The notes: generated from the letters alone by a model not told the origin. A DNA stretch of 64,000 nucleotides from an uncultured Methanosarcinales archaeon (GCA_964455675.1 CAYVYK010000009.1:1-64000), one strand, 5' to 3'. Shown: positions 20,164 through 30,391, numbered from the stretch's first letter. Translations and numbers: made by a program.

Positions 20164-21096
20164 CTATGACTTGGTGTCCGCCCGAGTGCGACGTGGAGCG
20201 GGAAATTTCCCCTCGCGGATGAGCCACTCGTGATACTCACGAATACCGTCAATCAACGAGTATTTCGCACGGAAATGGAGAAGATTCTCTGCGCGCGAGG
20301 TTTCCGCCTGCGTGTTCGCCTGATACTGCTCGTAGGGATTCTTGATATACTCTGGAGTGATCGTCGTTTTGAGCACCTCGTTTAGCGCAGCGACTACCTC
20401 GTTAAAAGAAATCCCCCTACCAGTACCAACGTTGTAGACGCCTGAAGGCGCATCAAGAGCACACAGCGTAGCCGTGATAACATCATTCACATAGACATGA
20501 TCACGCCGTTGTTCGCCGGCACTGAAGATCCTTGCATGACCCCGAATCATCTGGTCCATCAAATGATAGATCATGCTCGCTGGCCGACCTTTGTGCGATT
20601 CACGTGGACCATACACATTAAAATATCTCAAGCCCACGATATGCATCGATGACGCGAGCCTATCCGCAATTTCATCCATTGCTAGCTTTGATTTTGCATA
20701 CGCTGAAAACGGATCCTTTTTCTGATCCTCTCGCATGGGAATCGGTCCGTTTCCATAAACGGACGCACTCGACGCATAGACCAATTTCGCACGATTCCCC
20801 CGTGCAAGCGCAACCATGTTCTTGAATCCCTTGAGGTTCTTTTCAAAGAGATATTTATCATCCACAAACCTTGGATCGGTAATGGAAGCGATATGAAAAA
20901 TCGCGTCGAACCTTGGTTGCCTTGGAATCGGTTCCGCAATGTCGGCTTCAAGGAAGGTTCCTTTGAACTCCCGAAGATTCTCCATGGCACCCGAGAAAAC
21001 ATTGTCAATTATCATTACTTCATGACCATGATGCTCAAGATCGAGAGCAAGGTTTGAGCCAATAAATCCGGCACCGCCCGTGACGAGGCACTTCAT
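20164..21096 (-). CDS. NAD-dependent epimerase, ADP-L-glycero-D-manno-heptose-6-epimerase-like
   Basis: TGGAGFIGSNL, YASSASVYG, YAKSK, GLRYFNVYGPRESHKGRPASM, RRDHVYV. Confidence 0.9.
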   Translation of the reverse strand: MKCLVTGGAGFIGSNLALDLEHHGHEVMIIDNVFSGAMENLREFKGTFLEADIAEPIPRQPRFDAIFHIASITDPRFVDDKYLFEKNLKGFKNMVALARGNRAKLVYASSASVYGNGPIPMREDQKKDPFSAYAKSKLAMDEIADRLASSMHIVGLRYFNVYGPRESHKGRPASMIYHLMDQMIRGHARIFSAGEQRRDHVYVNDVITATLCALDAPSGVYNVGTGRGISFNEVVAALNEVLKTTITPEYIKNPYEQYQANTQAETSRAENLLHFRAKYSLIDGIREYHEWLIREGKFPAPRRTRADTKS

Positions 21097-21270
21097 AGAG
21101 TACCTTTTTCGATTTAGGTTTATAAGACCTTGGGATATCATGTTACCTCATCAAGATATCAATACCCCATACTACCTGTGAAGGACGGATAAAACAGACT
21201 CAAGAAATTTATTATAACTTAGTAGGACGGTCGGCTATAGGACGTATAAAACAGGTACGGTATCTTCATA

Positions 21271-21365
21271 ATCACAGAGTAGGACGGTCAGCCTCCCTCC
21301 GGTCGGCCTTGAACGGTCGGCATCTTGAGGCATCGCCTTAATGATGCCTTTGTGGTGCGTGATTG
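21271..21365. repeat. Dispersed structured element, copy A
   Basis: Similar to 43871-43960; hairpin ggcatc-ttgaggc/gccttaa-t-gatgcc; shared loop ctcccNNcggtcg. Confidence 0.7.
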
Positions 21366-21396
21366 ATTGGGGAAACAACAAAGCAGTAGACTGCGC

Positions 21397-21672
21397 CTAC
21401 AGATCAAATTCGTCAATAAAACCTAGAATGAGCGAGTATTTTTCCAGGAAACGAAATCCCTTATCAGTCAGCGTGATATACTTTCTTCCCTTTGCGTCCA
21501 CCATCTCCTTGAGCATGTTCTTCGCAATGAGTTCTGCGTAGTACTCTGCAAAACTGGTCGATGAAAGGTTAGAATACCGCAGAAGAGGAGTTGGCTTAAT
21601 GGAGTTATGATGAACGCGGACAAGACGCAAAATATCGTGCATGACACTCAAGCGATCCCTCTTTTTGTTCAT
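21397..21672 (-). CDS. Archaeal winged-helix regulator (paralog of 17950-18231)
   Basis: KRDRLSVMHDIL...IKPTPLLRYSNLS...ITLTDKG. Confidence 0.88.
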   Translation of the reverse strand: MNKKRDRLSVMHDILRLVRVHHNSIKPTPLLRYSNLSSTSFAEYYAELIAKNMLKEMVDAKGRKYITLTDKGFRFLEKYSLILGFIDEFDL

Positions 21673-22307
21673 TTTGTCCACTTTGCAACTTTATACAGCA
21701 AAAAGGTAAACACAACCAGGGACACAATCTGCAAGACGATTTTTATCTCCAAAGGCAGAAATCTTCCGGGGCTCAAGGCAAACAAGTTTATCAGCCAAAA
21801 CAGAGATATCAAAAAGTATAACGCACGCGTGTGACGCTTACCTTCACGAAGGGAAGAAGCGAGCGTGAAGACAATGAGGGGGAGCTGGACGAGAGAAATC
21901 AGCAGAGGGGACCTACTTAAATGCGAAATCACTGCAACAAGAACCGCGATGATGTTTGCCACAATCAAGAAATGCGCATACCGAATGTTCTTCCAGACCA
22001 TGCTGTACGCAAGAAAAAACAAAGCGATCGTGCTAAAGTATCCTACAAAAGGAAACATCAAAGGAAAGACAAAATGCCGCGGAACATCCAGCGCAAAGGC
22101 ACCAAGCTGATAGAGATGGAACACAAAACGCGACGCGTATGCGAGCGCGAAGAACAGGAAAGCATTACGAAAATACCTGATACCACCATATTTCGTCAGT
22201 TCAAAAAGTTCCCTCGTCCTTACATACACCGTAATACACAACACAATAACGAGCAACGAGTAAATGAATTCAGTGCTAAACCGAAACGGATCAAAAAATG
22301 GAGGCAT
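21669..22307 (-). CDS. About 7-TM membrane protein coupled to the wHTH gene
   Basis: Hydrophobic; GIRYFRNAFLFFALAY; ATGA overlap with the wHTH gene. Confidence 0.8.
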   Translation of the reverse strand: MPPFFDPFRFSTEFIYSLLVIVLCITVYVRTRELFELTKYGGIRYFRNAFLFFALAYASRFVFHLYQLGAFALDVPRHFVFPLMFPFVGYFSTIALFFLAYSMVWKNIRYAHFLIVANIIAVLVAVISHLSRSPLLISLVQLPLIVFTLASSLREGKRHTRALYFLISLFWLINLFALSPGRFLPLEIKIVLQIVSLVVFTFLLYKVAKWTK

Positions 22308-22438
22308 ACGAACCAGACGGGCGAGAATATACATATAAAGAAAGTGGACGTGGAGTATACATTTGACATTCCTCCACATTATAAGGAAGCACTTAGCAGT
22401 ACTCTATTGTCCAAGCACAGGCTTGGGGAGGAACAACC

Positions 22439-22807
22439 ATGAAAACACCCATTATTCTGATTGTTGGGATACTCACGGCACTCGTCATCACGTCTGCCGT
22501 TATAGCTCTACCATGGCGCGCGCAGAACAACGATGCAGCACAGACCCGAATGCAAGGATCAGAGCATCGCGCCGAGGTAGAAGCGGCAATCGAAGCGGGA
22601 GACTACGAGGCATGGGTCAGCGCGATGGGAGACTGCCCGCGATCGCAGGAAATGACCAAAGCCATAACATCCGAGAACTTCCCGACATTCATAAAAATGC
22701 ATGAAGCACTGCAGAACGGAGACCTAACGAGCGCGCAAACACTCAGGGAAGAACTCGGCCTTCCCGTCAGAGGATTCCACCGCGGCATGCGCAACGCACG
22801 GCAGTAA
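22439..22807 (+). CDS. Secreted or membrane-anchored helical protein
   Basis: N-terminal hydrophobic segment; AIEAGDYEAW...ITSENFP...REELGL; SD ggggagg. Confidence 0.8.
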   Translation: MKTPIILIVGILTALVITSAVIALPWRAQNNDAAQTRMQGSEHRAEVEAAIEAGDYEAWVSAMGDCPRSQEMTKAITSENFPTFIKMHEALQNGDLTSAQTLREELGLPVRGFHRGMRNARQ

Positions 22808-22833
22808 AGGAATCCCCTTTTTTCTTTTTTTTA
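22808..22833 (+). terminator. T-rich terminator
   Basis: ccccttttttctttttttt right after the stop codon. Confidence 0.45.
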
Positions 22834-22906
22834 ATTGTAGACCATTCATCCACTTAGTTTATAAGCCAACAATACTGAATTTGGGGAAAGCACCACGGAA
22901 GAAACC

Positions 22907-23608
22907 ATGCAAGAGACAATCCTAGAGTTTGATGATGTGTGGAAAATCTACCAGATGGGAGAAGTCGAAGTCCCCGCACTTCGAGGAGTCACGACGACCA
23001 TCAACCAGGGGGATTTTGTCGCAGTGATCGGAGCGTCAGGCAGCGGAAAGTCCACAATGATGAACCTCATGGGATGCCTAGATATGCCAACACGAGGAAG
23101 AATTTTCCTCAAGAACAAGGACATCAGCACGCTCCCAGAATCAGACCTTGCATCCTTACGCGGAAAGACCATCGGATTCATCTTCCAGCAATACAACCTC
23201 ATCCCCTCAATATCAGCGTTCGAGAACGTGCTGCTTCCACTTGAATTTCTTGAAACGAACGAGGACATTGCTGCGAGGAGAGCACGCGAGATCCTCACAA
23301 GGGTTGGACTTGCAGACAAAATGCACCACCGGCCGACACAACTGTCGGGAGGACAGCAGCAGAGGGTTTCTATCGCCCGGAGTCTCGCGAACAATCCCGA
23401 GATCATCCTTGCAGACGAGCCCACCGGAAGCCTTGACAGCGTCACAGGAAAAGACGTGCTTGACATGCTGCACTCGCTCTGGAAGGAAGGAAAGACGATC
23501 ATCATGGTAACTCACGACCTTAAACTCGCGAAATATGCTCACACAATTATCGAACTCAAAGATGGAAAGATCATATCAACAAGGCACACAGCCGAGGTGA
23601 AAGAATGA
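22907..23608 (+). CDS. ABC transporter ATP-binding protein (LolD/MacB type)
   Basis: GASGSGKST, LSGGQQQRVSIAR, ILADEPTG, VTHD. Confidence 0.95.
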   Translation: MQETILEFDDVWKIYQMGEVEVPALRGVTTTINQGDFVAVIGASGSGKSTMMNLMGCLDMPTRGRIFLKNKDISTLPESDLASLRGKTIGFIFQQYNLIPSISAFENVLLPLEFLETNEDIAARRAREILTRVGLADKMHHRPTQLSGGQQQRVSIARSLANNPEIILADEPTGSLDSVTGKDVLDMLHSLWKEGKTIIMVTHDLKLAKYAHTIIELKDGKIISTRHTAEVKE

Positions 23609-24924
23609 ATAAATCCATAGTGTTTGCAGTCATCACGCTGCTATTTCTGCCAGTATTTGCCGCCGCAGCGCTTGACACCACATCATCCATCGCGGTGAGC
23701 CTCGTCAACCAAGACCCTGATCCTGCGATCGCAGGAGACATTGTCGAAATACGGCTTGGCCTCACAAATGTCGGAGGAGCCGCGGCAAACGACATGATCG
23801 TCGAAATCGAGCCAGGGTATCCATTTGAGAGCGCAGGAGAAAGCCTTCTCCAAAATGTCGGAACACTCCTCGGCTACCAAGGAAGCTCAGGTGATGATAC
23901 CCGCATCGTCAAATTCAAATTGCGCGTGAACAAGGACGCACCCGCAGGCACGTATGAACTCAAAGTAAAAACGTACCAGCAAGGCGCAGCCGCCACAATC
24001 ACGCGATCGATCAGCATTGATATCAAAAACAAACAAAGCGCGGAAGTCATCTACATCGACCAAGTAGAACTCATCCCTGGAAAGATCACGCCACTCAAGT
24101 TCACGATCCACAACGTCGGATCAGCACCGCTACGCGAACTCACGTTCCAATGGGAAAACGAAGAGGATATCATCCTTCCCGTCGGAAGCGACAACACCAA
24201 ATATATCAAATACATCGAGATCGGCGATTCTGAAGAACTCTTGTTTGAAGTCATCGCGAGCGCAAACGCAGACCCCGACCTCTACAAACTTGACCTGACC
24301 CTCACGTATGAAGACCCTCTCACAAGTGAAGAGACTACAATCACGTCAAAAGCGGGAGTCTATGTGGGTGGAGCAACGGACTTTGACATCGCATACTCAG
24401 GAACATCCAGCGGCGAGACATCTTTCTCCATATCCAATGTTGGAAGCGTCGCGGCAAATTCTGTCACGGTAAGAATACCTGAACAGCGAGGATGGAAAGT
24501 CACCGGCAGCAACTCAGTCATCATCGGGAACCTCAACGAAGGCGACTACACGATCGCAAGTTTCACCGTAGCATCGTCAACACAACTCGCGGATTCACAA
24601 GCGAGCGGGCAGGCGCCAAACAGGAACACATTCCCCAGAAACATGACACGCAGAGCAGAAAACAACACGATCACCCTTGAGATCATCTACACCGATTCGC
24701 GAGGAAATAGGAACACAATCACAAAAACAGTGCCCCTTGATACTACAACCTCGACGATCATCACGACAACCAGCGCAAACGGACGAGGACCCCAAAGACA
24801 GAGTACAACGCTCTGGAACAACGTGAAATGGGCATTCCTCATCATCGCAATACTTGCGGTCCTAATCATATTCTATTACCGGCATCGCAAGGCAAGAGAA
24901 ACAGATGCAAAACGACACAAATAG
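23605..24924 (+). CDS. COG1361 S-layer domain protein
   Basis: Signal peptide; QDPDPA.AGD.VE; Ig-like repeats with NVG; C-terminal TM anchor; sits between ABC subunits. Confidence 0.85.
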   Translation: MNKSIVFAVITLLFLPVFAAAALDTTSSIAVSLVNQDPDPAIAGDIVEIRLGLTNVGGAAANDMIVEIEPGYPFESAGESLLQNVGTLLGYQGSSGDDTRIVKFKLRVNKDAPAGTYELKVKTYQQGAAATITRSISIDIKNKQSAEVIYIDQVELIPGKITPLKFTIHNVGSAPLRELTFQWENEEDIILPVGSDNTKYIKYIEIGDSEELLFEVIASANADPDLYKLDLTLTYEDPLTSEETTITSKAGVYVGGATDFDIAYSGTSSGETSFSISNVGSVAANSVTVRIPEQRGWKVTGSNSVIIGNLNEGDYTIASFTVASSTQLADSQASGQAPNRNTFPRNMTRRAENNTITLEIIYTDSRGNRNTITKTVPLDTTTSTIITTTSANGRGPQRQSTTLWNNVKWAFLIIAILAVLIIFYYRHRKARETDAKRHK

Positions 24925-24933
24925 ACGAGAACC

Positions 24934-26169
24934 ATGAAACTTCGTAAGGCATTCAAGCACGCACTTACGATGGTGCTGCACAGCAAGCTACGCAGCTGGC
25001 TTACAATCCTTGGCATCGTCATTGGAGTTGCGGCAGTCATATCCATCGTGGCCCTCGGGAATGCGCTTGAGGAAGAGATTGACTCACAGCTTGGCAACCT
25101 CGGAGGAGACCTCGTCACGCTACGCGCTGGAGCTTCACGAGCATTCGGATTTGGGCCGGGAAGGCCGGATGAAGGAGGAGGATCCGCAACGACCGAGGAG
25201 ATCGTTCTTGATAAAACAGATGTCCAAGCGCTCAAGGGAATCAGCGACATCAAGGTTATGGACACAGAGATTAGCGGACGAGTCGATGTGTATTACCTCG
25301 CCAAAAAAGGAACTGTCAGCGTTACCGGCGTCGACCCAGCCGCATGGTATCAGATCACGACGACAGAAATCGCGGAGGGAAGAACACTCGGACCCGCGGA
25401 CACGAACGTCATCGTCATTGGAGGAAAGCTCGCGAGCGACTTCTTCGAACAACAACTCGGAGTTAACCAGCTCATCACCGTTGATGATAAACTATTTCGC
25501 ATCGTAGGAATACTTGATGATGAAAGCACGAGCATCACTATGCCCATCAGCGCAGCGTATGAAATAATCGACGATAAAGAACGCGATGTGTACGACCAGA
25601 TCATCATCAAAGTCAAGAATGAGGAAGAGCTTGACACCGCCATCCAAAACATCCGAGAAAAGCTCATTATCACGCGCCATGCGCCAAAAAACAAACCAGA
25701 TTTCACCATCTCCTCAAACAAGGAACGGCAAGAACAGCGCGCAGAGATGATGTCATCCATGACAACATTTCTCACGGCTCTCGCAGCAGTCGCACTCCTT
25801 GTGGGAGCAGTCGGCATCGCAAACACGATGTTCACATCGGTCCTTGAGAAGACTAAGGAGATAGGAATAATGAAAGCAATCGGGGCACGGAATAGCGACA
25901 TCCTCAAGCTCTTCCTCCTCAATGCCGCACTCATCGGATTCATGGGAGGACTCCTTGGCATACTCCTTGGCGCAATACTTTCAGGAATATTACCAGCGCT
26001 CCTTGGGGGGATGACATTTGGAAGAATGGGCGCCGCGGGAGCAGCGCTTAATCCACAGATCGTCATCGTAGCGCTCAGCCTGAGCGTATTTCTCGGTATG
26101 ATATCAGGAGCAGTCCCAGCATACCAAGCATCACGACTCAAGCCCGTAGACGCCCTGAGATATGAATAA
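24934..26169 (+). CDS. ABC transporter permease (MacB/FtsX type)
   Basis: KLRSWLTILGIVIGV, GIANTMFTSVLEKTKEIGIMKAIGA, PAYQASRLKPVDALRYE. Confidence 0.95.
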   Translation: MKLRKAFKHALTMVLHSKLRSWLTILGIVIGVAAVISIVALGNALEEEIDSQLGNLGGDLVTLRAGASRAFGFGPGRPDEGGGSATTEEIVLDKTDVQALKGISDIKVMDTEISGRVDVYYLAKKGTVSVTGVDPAAWYQITTTEIAEGRTLGPADTNVIVIGGKLASDFFEQQLGVNQLITVDDKLFRIVGILDDESTSITMPISAAYEIIDDKERDVYDQIIIKVKNEEELDTAIQNIREKLIITRHAPKNKPDFTISSNKERQEQRAEMMSSMTTFLTALAAVALLVGAVGIANTMFTSVLEKTKEIGIMKAIGARNSDILKLFLLNAALIGFMGGLLGILLGAILSGILPALLGGMTFGRMGAAGAALNPQIVIVALSLSVFLGMISGAVPAYQASRLKPVDALRYE

Positions 26170-26232
26170 CCCTTTATCTAACGACTCCTAAAAAAAATAT
26201 ATCGGTGAGTGTGGCTCACCGTACTAAAAAAT

Positions 26233-26445
26233 CTAGAATTTCCTTCGCTTTCCGTAGCATTCCTTGCAGAATACGTCACGGCCTTCCTGCGGCTTGAACG
26301 GAACTTCGCATTCCTTGCCACACTCTGCGCATGTCGCCTTGTGCATCTCTCGCGGTCCAAAATCTCTCTTGAATCCGCCTTCGCGTTGGAATCCACCTTC
26401 TCGCTGGAATCCGCCTTCGCGTCTAAATCCACCACCATTTCTCAT
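26233..26445 (-). CDS. CxxC-x17-CxxC zinc-ribbon protein with N-terminal REGGF repeats
   Basis: REMHKATCAECGKECEVPFKP...VFCKECY; SD aggagg. Confidence 0.88.
   Translation of the reverse strand: MRNGGGFRREGGFQREGGFQREGGFKRDFGPREMHKATCAECGKECEVPFKPQEGRDVFCKECYGKRRKF
26363..26433. repeat. 18-bp coding tandem repeat (GGF[RQK]RE)
   Basis: gaatccgccttcgcgttg / gaatccaccttctcgctg / gaatccgccttcgcgtct. Confidence 0.75.
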
Positions 26446-26602
26446 GTTGTTTTCCTCCTAGTTCCGAGGGCAGAATATGCATTCTGCCACGGTAGTTCAT
26501 GATAACGTGCACTCCCTTATAAAGGTATCTGTTAAAGCAGACGTCAATTTCTGGAGGACAGCGAGGGAAAAGCATATAACCAAGTCCCCATTAGTCCCCC
26601 CT

Positions 26603-27448
26603 ATGAGGAGACAAATCCAAGCATTATACATTGCAGCGATCGTAGGAGTTGCGGCAACAGCAAAGCCAATCGACACACCACGAAGCCCACCAAAGTCGCC
26701 GCCACGCACATGCGTCACGCTCACGCTACAGTCGTCACTTAGTGACCTCTATGTCCCGCCAGGCACCCCCATTGACTGGGCGATCTATGCAAGTGTGCCA
26801 ACAGATAGTGAAGGACTTGCACTCATATCCACTGACCTTATCCAAGATGAGGGTAATCCCGCGAAGATTGACATACCGCAGGGAGACTCTGTTCCACCGG
26901 CAATGGTGGGATTCTCGCGGCCGTATGGAGTATCAAACCCCGAAAATGGATACCTCGGATCCATGCGCGGCAATCCTGGAGAACAGAATCTCGTCCAGAT
27001 CGGAGGGGCACAAAACACCCTTGGAGAACCAGGATCTACTATTGGGCTTGATGCTATCGTTGATGGAGGAATTGGCCAATCCGCACCGCAACTGATACTT
27101 TCCGGCCAATTTGGCGCACCAAGCACTCCAGGAGCGTACCAGTTCTACCTTGCGAACGCACTCGCAAACGTCCTAACGAGCGTGCAGACGCCGCCACATT
27201 ACTCTCCTGTCGAGGCAGCACCAATATGCCTTGAGAACGCACTCCAATTCACCGTGAATCCGGACTATCTTGGGGACTGCAACTGCGACGGAACACGGAA
27301 CGGACTTGATGTACAAGCATTCGTGGACGTACTCCTTGGGACGAACACGAATCCCGCGAGCAGAATCGCGGCAGACACGAATAACGATGGGTACGCGACA
27401 CCGGAAGACGTTCCGTCGTTCATGCAATGCTTACTGAACGGATGCTAG
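26603..27448 (+). CDS. Secreted protein with C-terminal dockerin-like double EF-hand
   Basis: Signal-like N-terminus; GDCNCDGTRNGLDVQAFV...ADTNNDGYATPEDVPSF. Confidence 0.8.
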   Translation: MRRQIQALYIAAIVGVAATAKPIDTPRSPPKSPPRTCVTLTLQSSLSDLYVPPGTPIDWAIYASVPTDSEGLALISTDLIQDEGNPAKIDIPQGDSVPPAMVGFSRPYGVSNPENGYLGSMRGNPGEQNLVQIGGAQNTLGEPGSTIGLDAIVDGGIGQSAPQLILSGQFGAPSTPGAYQFYLANALANVLTSVQTPPHYSPVEAAPICLENALQFTVNPDYLGDCNCDGTRNGLDVQAFVDVLLGTNTNPASRIAADTNNDGYATPEDVPSFMQCLLNGC

Positions 27449-27589
27449 CGGCCCGTTCTCTCCAAAGCTCATATAGAGAATCACGACTCTTCTGACAATT
27501 CTAGAACTCGCAGTCCGTTCGCACGCCTATAGGACCACTGGCCACACTTCAGGACAAACTTTAAAAAGCAAATTCCAGACCACCACGGC

Positions 27590-30391
27590 ATGAAAAACAT
27601 TCTCATCAAGGGAGCACGCGAGCACAACCTCAAAAATATCAACCTCGAGCTACCCAGGGATAAGTTCATCGTGATCACGGGGCTTTCTGGAAGCGGAAAG
27701 TCAACCCTTGCGTTTGACACGCTATACGCCGAGGGGCAGCGAAGATACGTGGAATCCCTTTCCTCTTACGCGAGGCAATTCCTCGGGCTCATGAATAAGC
27801 CAGATGTGGACTCGATCGAAGGGCTCTCACCAGCAATAAGCATCGAACAGAAGACAACAAGCAAGAATCCGAGAAGCACCGTCGGGACGATCACAGAAAT
27901 CTATGACTATCTCCGGCTGCTCTTCGCCAGAATCGGAGTGCCATCATGCCCAGATCACAACATCCTCATCGAAGCCCAAACGCCAGAAAGGATAGCGGAA
28001 CGCATCTCGCAAGCAGCGCGAGGAAAAGTCATGATCCTCTCACCAATCATCCGGCAGAAGAAAGGAACGTACGAACAGCTCCTCAAAGACCTCGAGAGCG
28101 AAGGGTACACAAAAGTCCGCGTGAATGGAAAAATCCAACGGACTGACGAAAAACTCACGCTCGAGCGTTACAAGAAACACGACATTGACCTTCTCATCGA
28201 CACCATCGAACCCAAAGATAAATCAAGGATGGTCGAGGCGATCGAGAACGCGCTAAAAAAAGGCGAAGGACTCCTTATCACCGTCGATGCGCAAGGCAAG
28301 GAAACGCTCTACTCCTCGAAGATGGCATGCCCCACGTGCGGCCTCGTATTCGAGGAGCTCCAACCAAGGATGTTCTCATTCAACAGTCCATTTGGCGCGT
28401 GCGAAACATGCCATGGCCTTGGCATCAAAATGGATTTTGACCCTGACCTCATCATCCCTGACAAAAACAAAAGCATCGCGGATGGAGCCGTCGCCATGTA
28501 CCGAAACGCTGTGGACGGATGGAGAGGACAGTACCTTGCTGCAGTCGCAAAACACCACGGATTCTCGGCGCTCACGCCGATCAACGAACTCTCAAAAAAA
28601 CAGCTCAATGTCCTCCTCTTTGGCAGCGAAGAACGAATGAAGTTCACAATGGTCATGAAGCAGGGCGAAGCAAACTGGTCACACACCGGAACATGGGAAG
28701 GACTCATCCCACAAGCAATGAGGCTCTACCAGCAGACGGAATCAGATTACAGGCGAGAAGAGCTCGAAAAGTTCATGCGATCAACACCATGCCCCACCTG
28801 CAGCGGAGCACGGCTCAAGAAAAAAGTGCTCGCCGTAAGAATCAACGGAAAGAACATCATCGAAATCACGGACATGAGCATCAAAGAATGCGGCGCATTC
28901 TTCAACGACATCACGCTCACAAGCAAGGAAACAGAAATCGCAAAGCAAGTCCTCAAGGAAATCCGAGCGCGCATCAGCTTCCTTTCCGAAGTTGGCCTTG
29001 GGTACATCACGATCTCGAGGAATGCAGGAACGCTCTCGGGCGGAGAACTCCAAAGGATACGGCTCGCCACACAGATCGGAAGCAACCTCACAGGAGTCCT
29101 CTACATCCTTGACGAACCAAGCATAGGCCTACACCAGCGCGACAATGCCAAACTCATCCGCACATTGCATAACCTGCGCGACATGGGAAACACGCTCATC
29201 GTCGTCGAACACGACGAAGATACCATCCGGAACGCGGATTACATCGTAGACATGGGACCTGGAGCCGGAATCCACGGCGGGCACATTGTGGCTGTCGGAA
29301 CACCTTCCGCAATCGAGAAAAACACCAAATCACTCACGGGAAAGTACCTCGCGAAAAAACTTGCGATCGAAACACCAACCACTCGACGAACAAGCAAGGC
29401 GTTCCTACGCATGTACGGATGCAGGGAAAACAACCTCAAAGATCTTCATGTTAATGTACCGCTCGGATGCCTCGTCGGAATCACGGGGGTTTCCGGCAGC
29501 GGAAAATCAACGCTCATCCACGAAATCCTCTACAAAGGACTCATGCGCACATTGCACGAGAGCAGGGACGTGCCGGGCGCGCATGACAAGATCACGAGCG
29601 ATCGTCCGGTGGACAAAGTCATCGTCATCGACCAATCACCTATCGGAAAAACACCAAGAAGCAACCCAGCCACCTACACGAAAGTGTTTGACGAAATACG
29701 CGCAGTATTTGCAAAAACACAGGAAGCGCGCACACGAGGGTACAAACCAGGACGGTTCTCATTCAACATTGAAGGAGGACGATGCGAGGCGTGCCAAGGG
29801 GACGGCGTCATCAAGATCGAAATGAACTTTCTTCCCGACGTCTTCGTGGAATGCGAAGAATGCAAGGGCAAGCGATACAACGCGGAAACACTCGACATCA
29901 AGTACAAGGGGCATTCCATCGCGGATTATCTTGCCATGAGTGTTCTGGAAGCCGCGCAGCAGCTGTCCGCAATACCAGCCATACGGGACAAGCTTTCGGT
30001 CCTTTCCGACGTAGGACTAGAGTACATCAAACTTGGACAGAGCAGCACGACACTATCCGGAGGAGAAGCGCAGCGGATCAAGCTCACAAGAGAGCTTTCG
30101 AAACGCGCGACCGGAAACACTGTCATATTGCTCGACGAGCCAACAACGGGCCTCCACTTCCACGACGTCAAGAAACTCATCGCAGTACTCCAGAGCCTCG
30201 TGGAACGAGGAAATACGGTCATCGTCATTGAACATAACCTTGACGTCATAAAAAGCTGCGATCATCTCATCGACCTTGGACCCGAAGGAGGCGATGAGGG
30301 CGGCAGAATCGTTGCCGAAGGAACACCTGAAGCAGTCGCCCAAAATCCACGAAGCTACACGGGACAATTCCTGAAGAACGTGCTCACATGA
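27590..30391 (+). CDS. uvrA: Excinuclease ABC subunit A
   Basis: GAREHNLKNI, GLSGSGKSTLAFDTLYAEGQRRYVESLS, two ABC domains, Zn fingers. Confidence 0.99.
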   Translation: MKNILIKGAREHNLKNINLELPRDKFIVITGLSGSGKSTLAFDTLYAEGQRRYVESLSSYARQFLGLMNKPDVDSIEGLSPAISIEQKTTSKNPRSTVGTITEIYDYLRLLFARIGVPSCPDHNILIEAQTPERIAERISQAARGKVMILSPIIRQKKGTYEQLLKDLESEGYTKVRVNGKIQRTDEKLTLERYKKHDIDLLIDTIEPKDKSRMVEAIENALKKGEGLLITVDAQGKETLYSSKMACPTCGLVFEELQPRMFSFNSPFGACETCHGLGIKMDFDPDLIIPDKNKSIADGAVAMYRNAVDGWRGQYLAAVAKHHGFSALTPINELSKKQLNVLLFGSEERMKFTMVMKQGEANWSHTGTWEGLIPQAMRLYQQTESDYRREELEKFMRSTPCPTCSGARLKKKVLAVRINGKNIIEITDMSIKECGAFFNDITLTSKETEIAKQVLKEIRARISFLSEVGLGYITISRNAGTLSGGELQRIRLATQIGSNLTGVLYILDEPSIGLHQRDNAKLIRTLHNLRDMGNTLIVVEHDEDTIRNADYIVDMGPGAGIHGGHIVAVGTPSAIEKNTKSLTGKYLAKKLAIETPTTRRTSKAFLRMYGCRENNLKDLHVNVPLGCLVGITGVSGSGKSTLIHEILYKGLMRTLHESRDVPGAHDKITSDRPVDKVIVIDQSPIGKTPRSNPATYTKVFDEIRAVFAKTQEARTRGYKPGRFSFNIEGGRCEACQGDGVIKIEMNFLPDVFVECEECKGKRYNAETLDIKYKGHSIADYLAMSVLEAAQQLSAIPAIRDKLSVLSDVGLEYIKLGQSSTTLSGGEAQRIKLTRELSKRATGNTVILLDEPTTGLHFHDVKKLIAVLQSLVERGNTVIVIEHNLDVIKSCDHLIDLGPEGGDEGGRIVAEGTPEAVAQNPRSYTGQFLKNVLT

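Noticed and set aside
20035..20169. 44-aa ORF MALEETVDG...
   Set aside because: Short, with no recognisable motif; may be a gene remnant
27505..27553. tRNA-like D-arm on the minus strand (gtggccagtggtcctataggcg)
   Set aside because: No T-arm (GTTCGA) and no acceptor stem found; tRNAscan-SE would settle it
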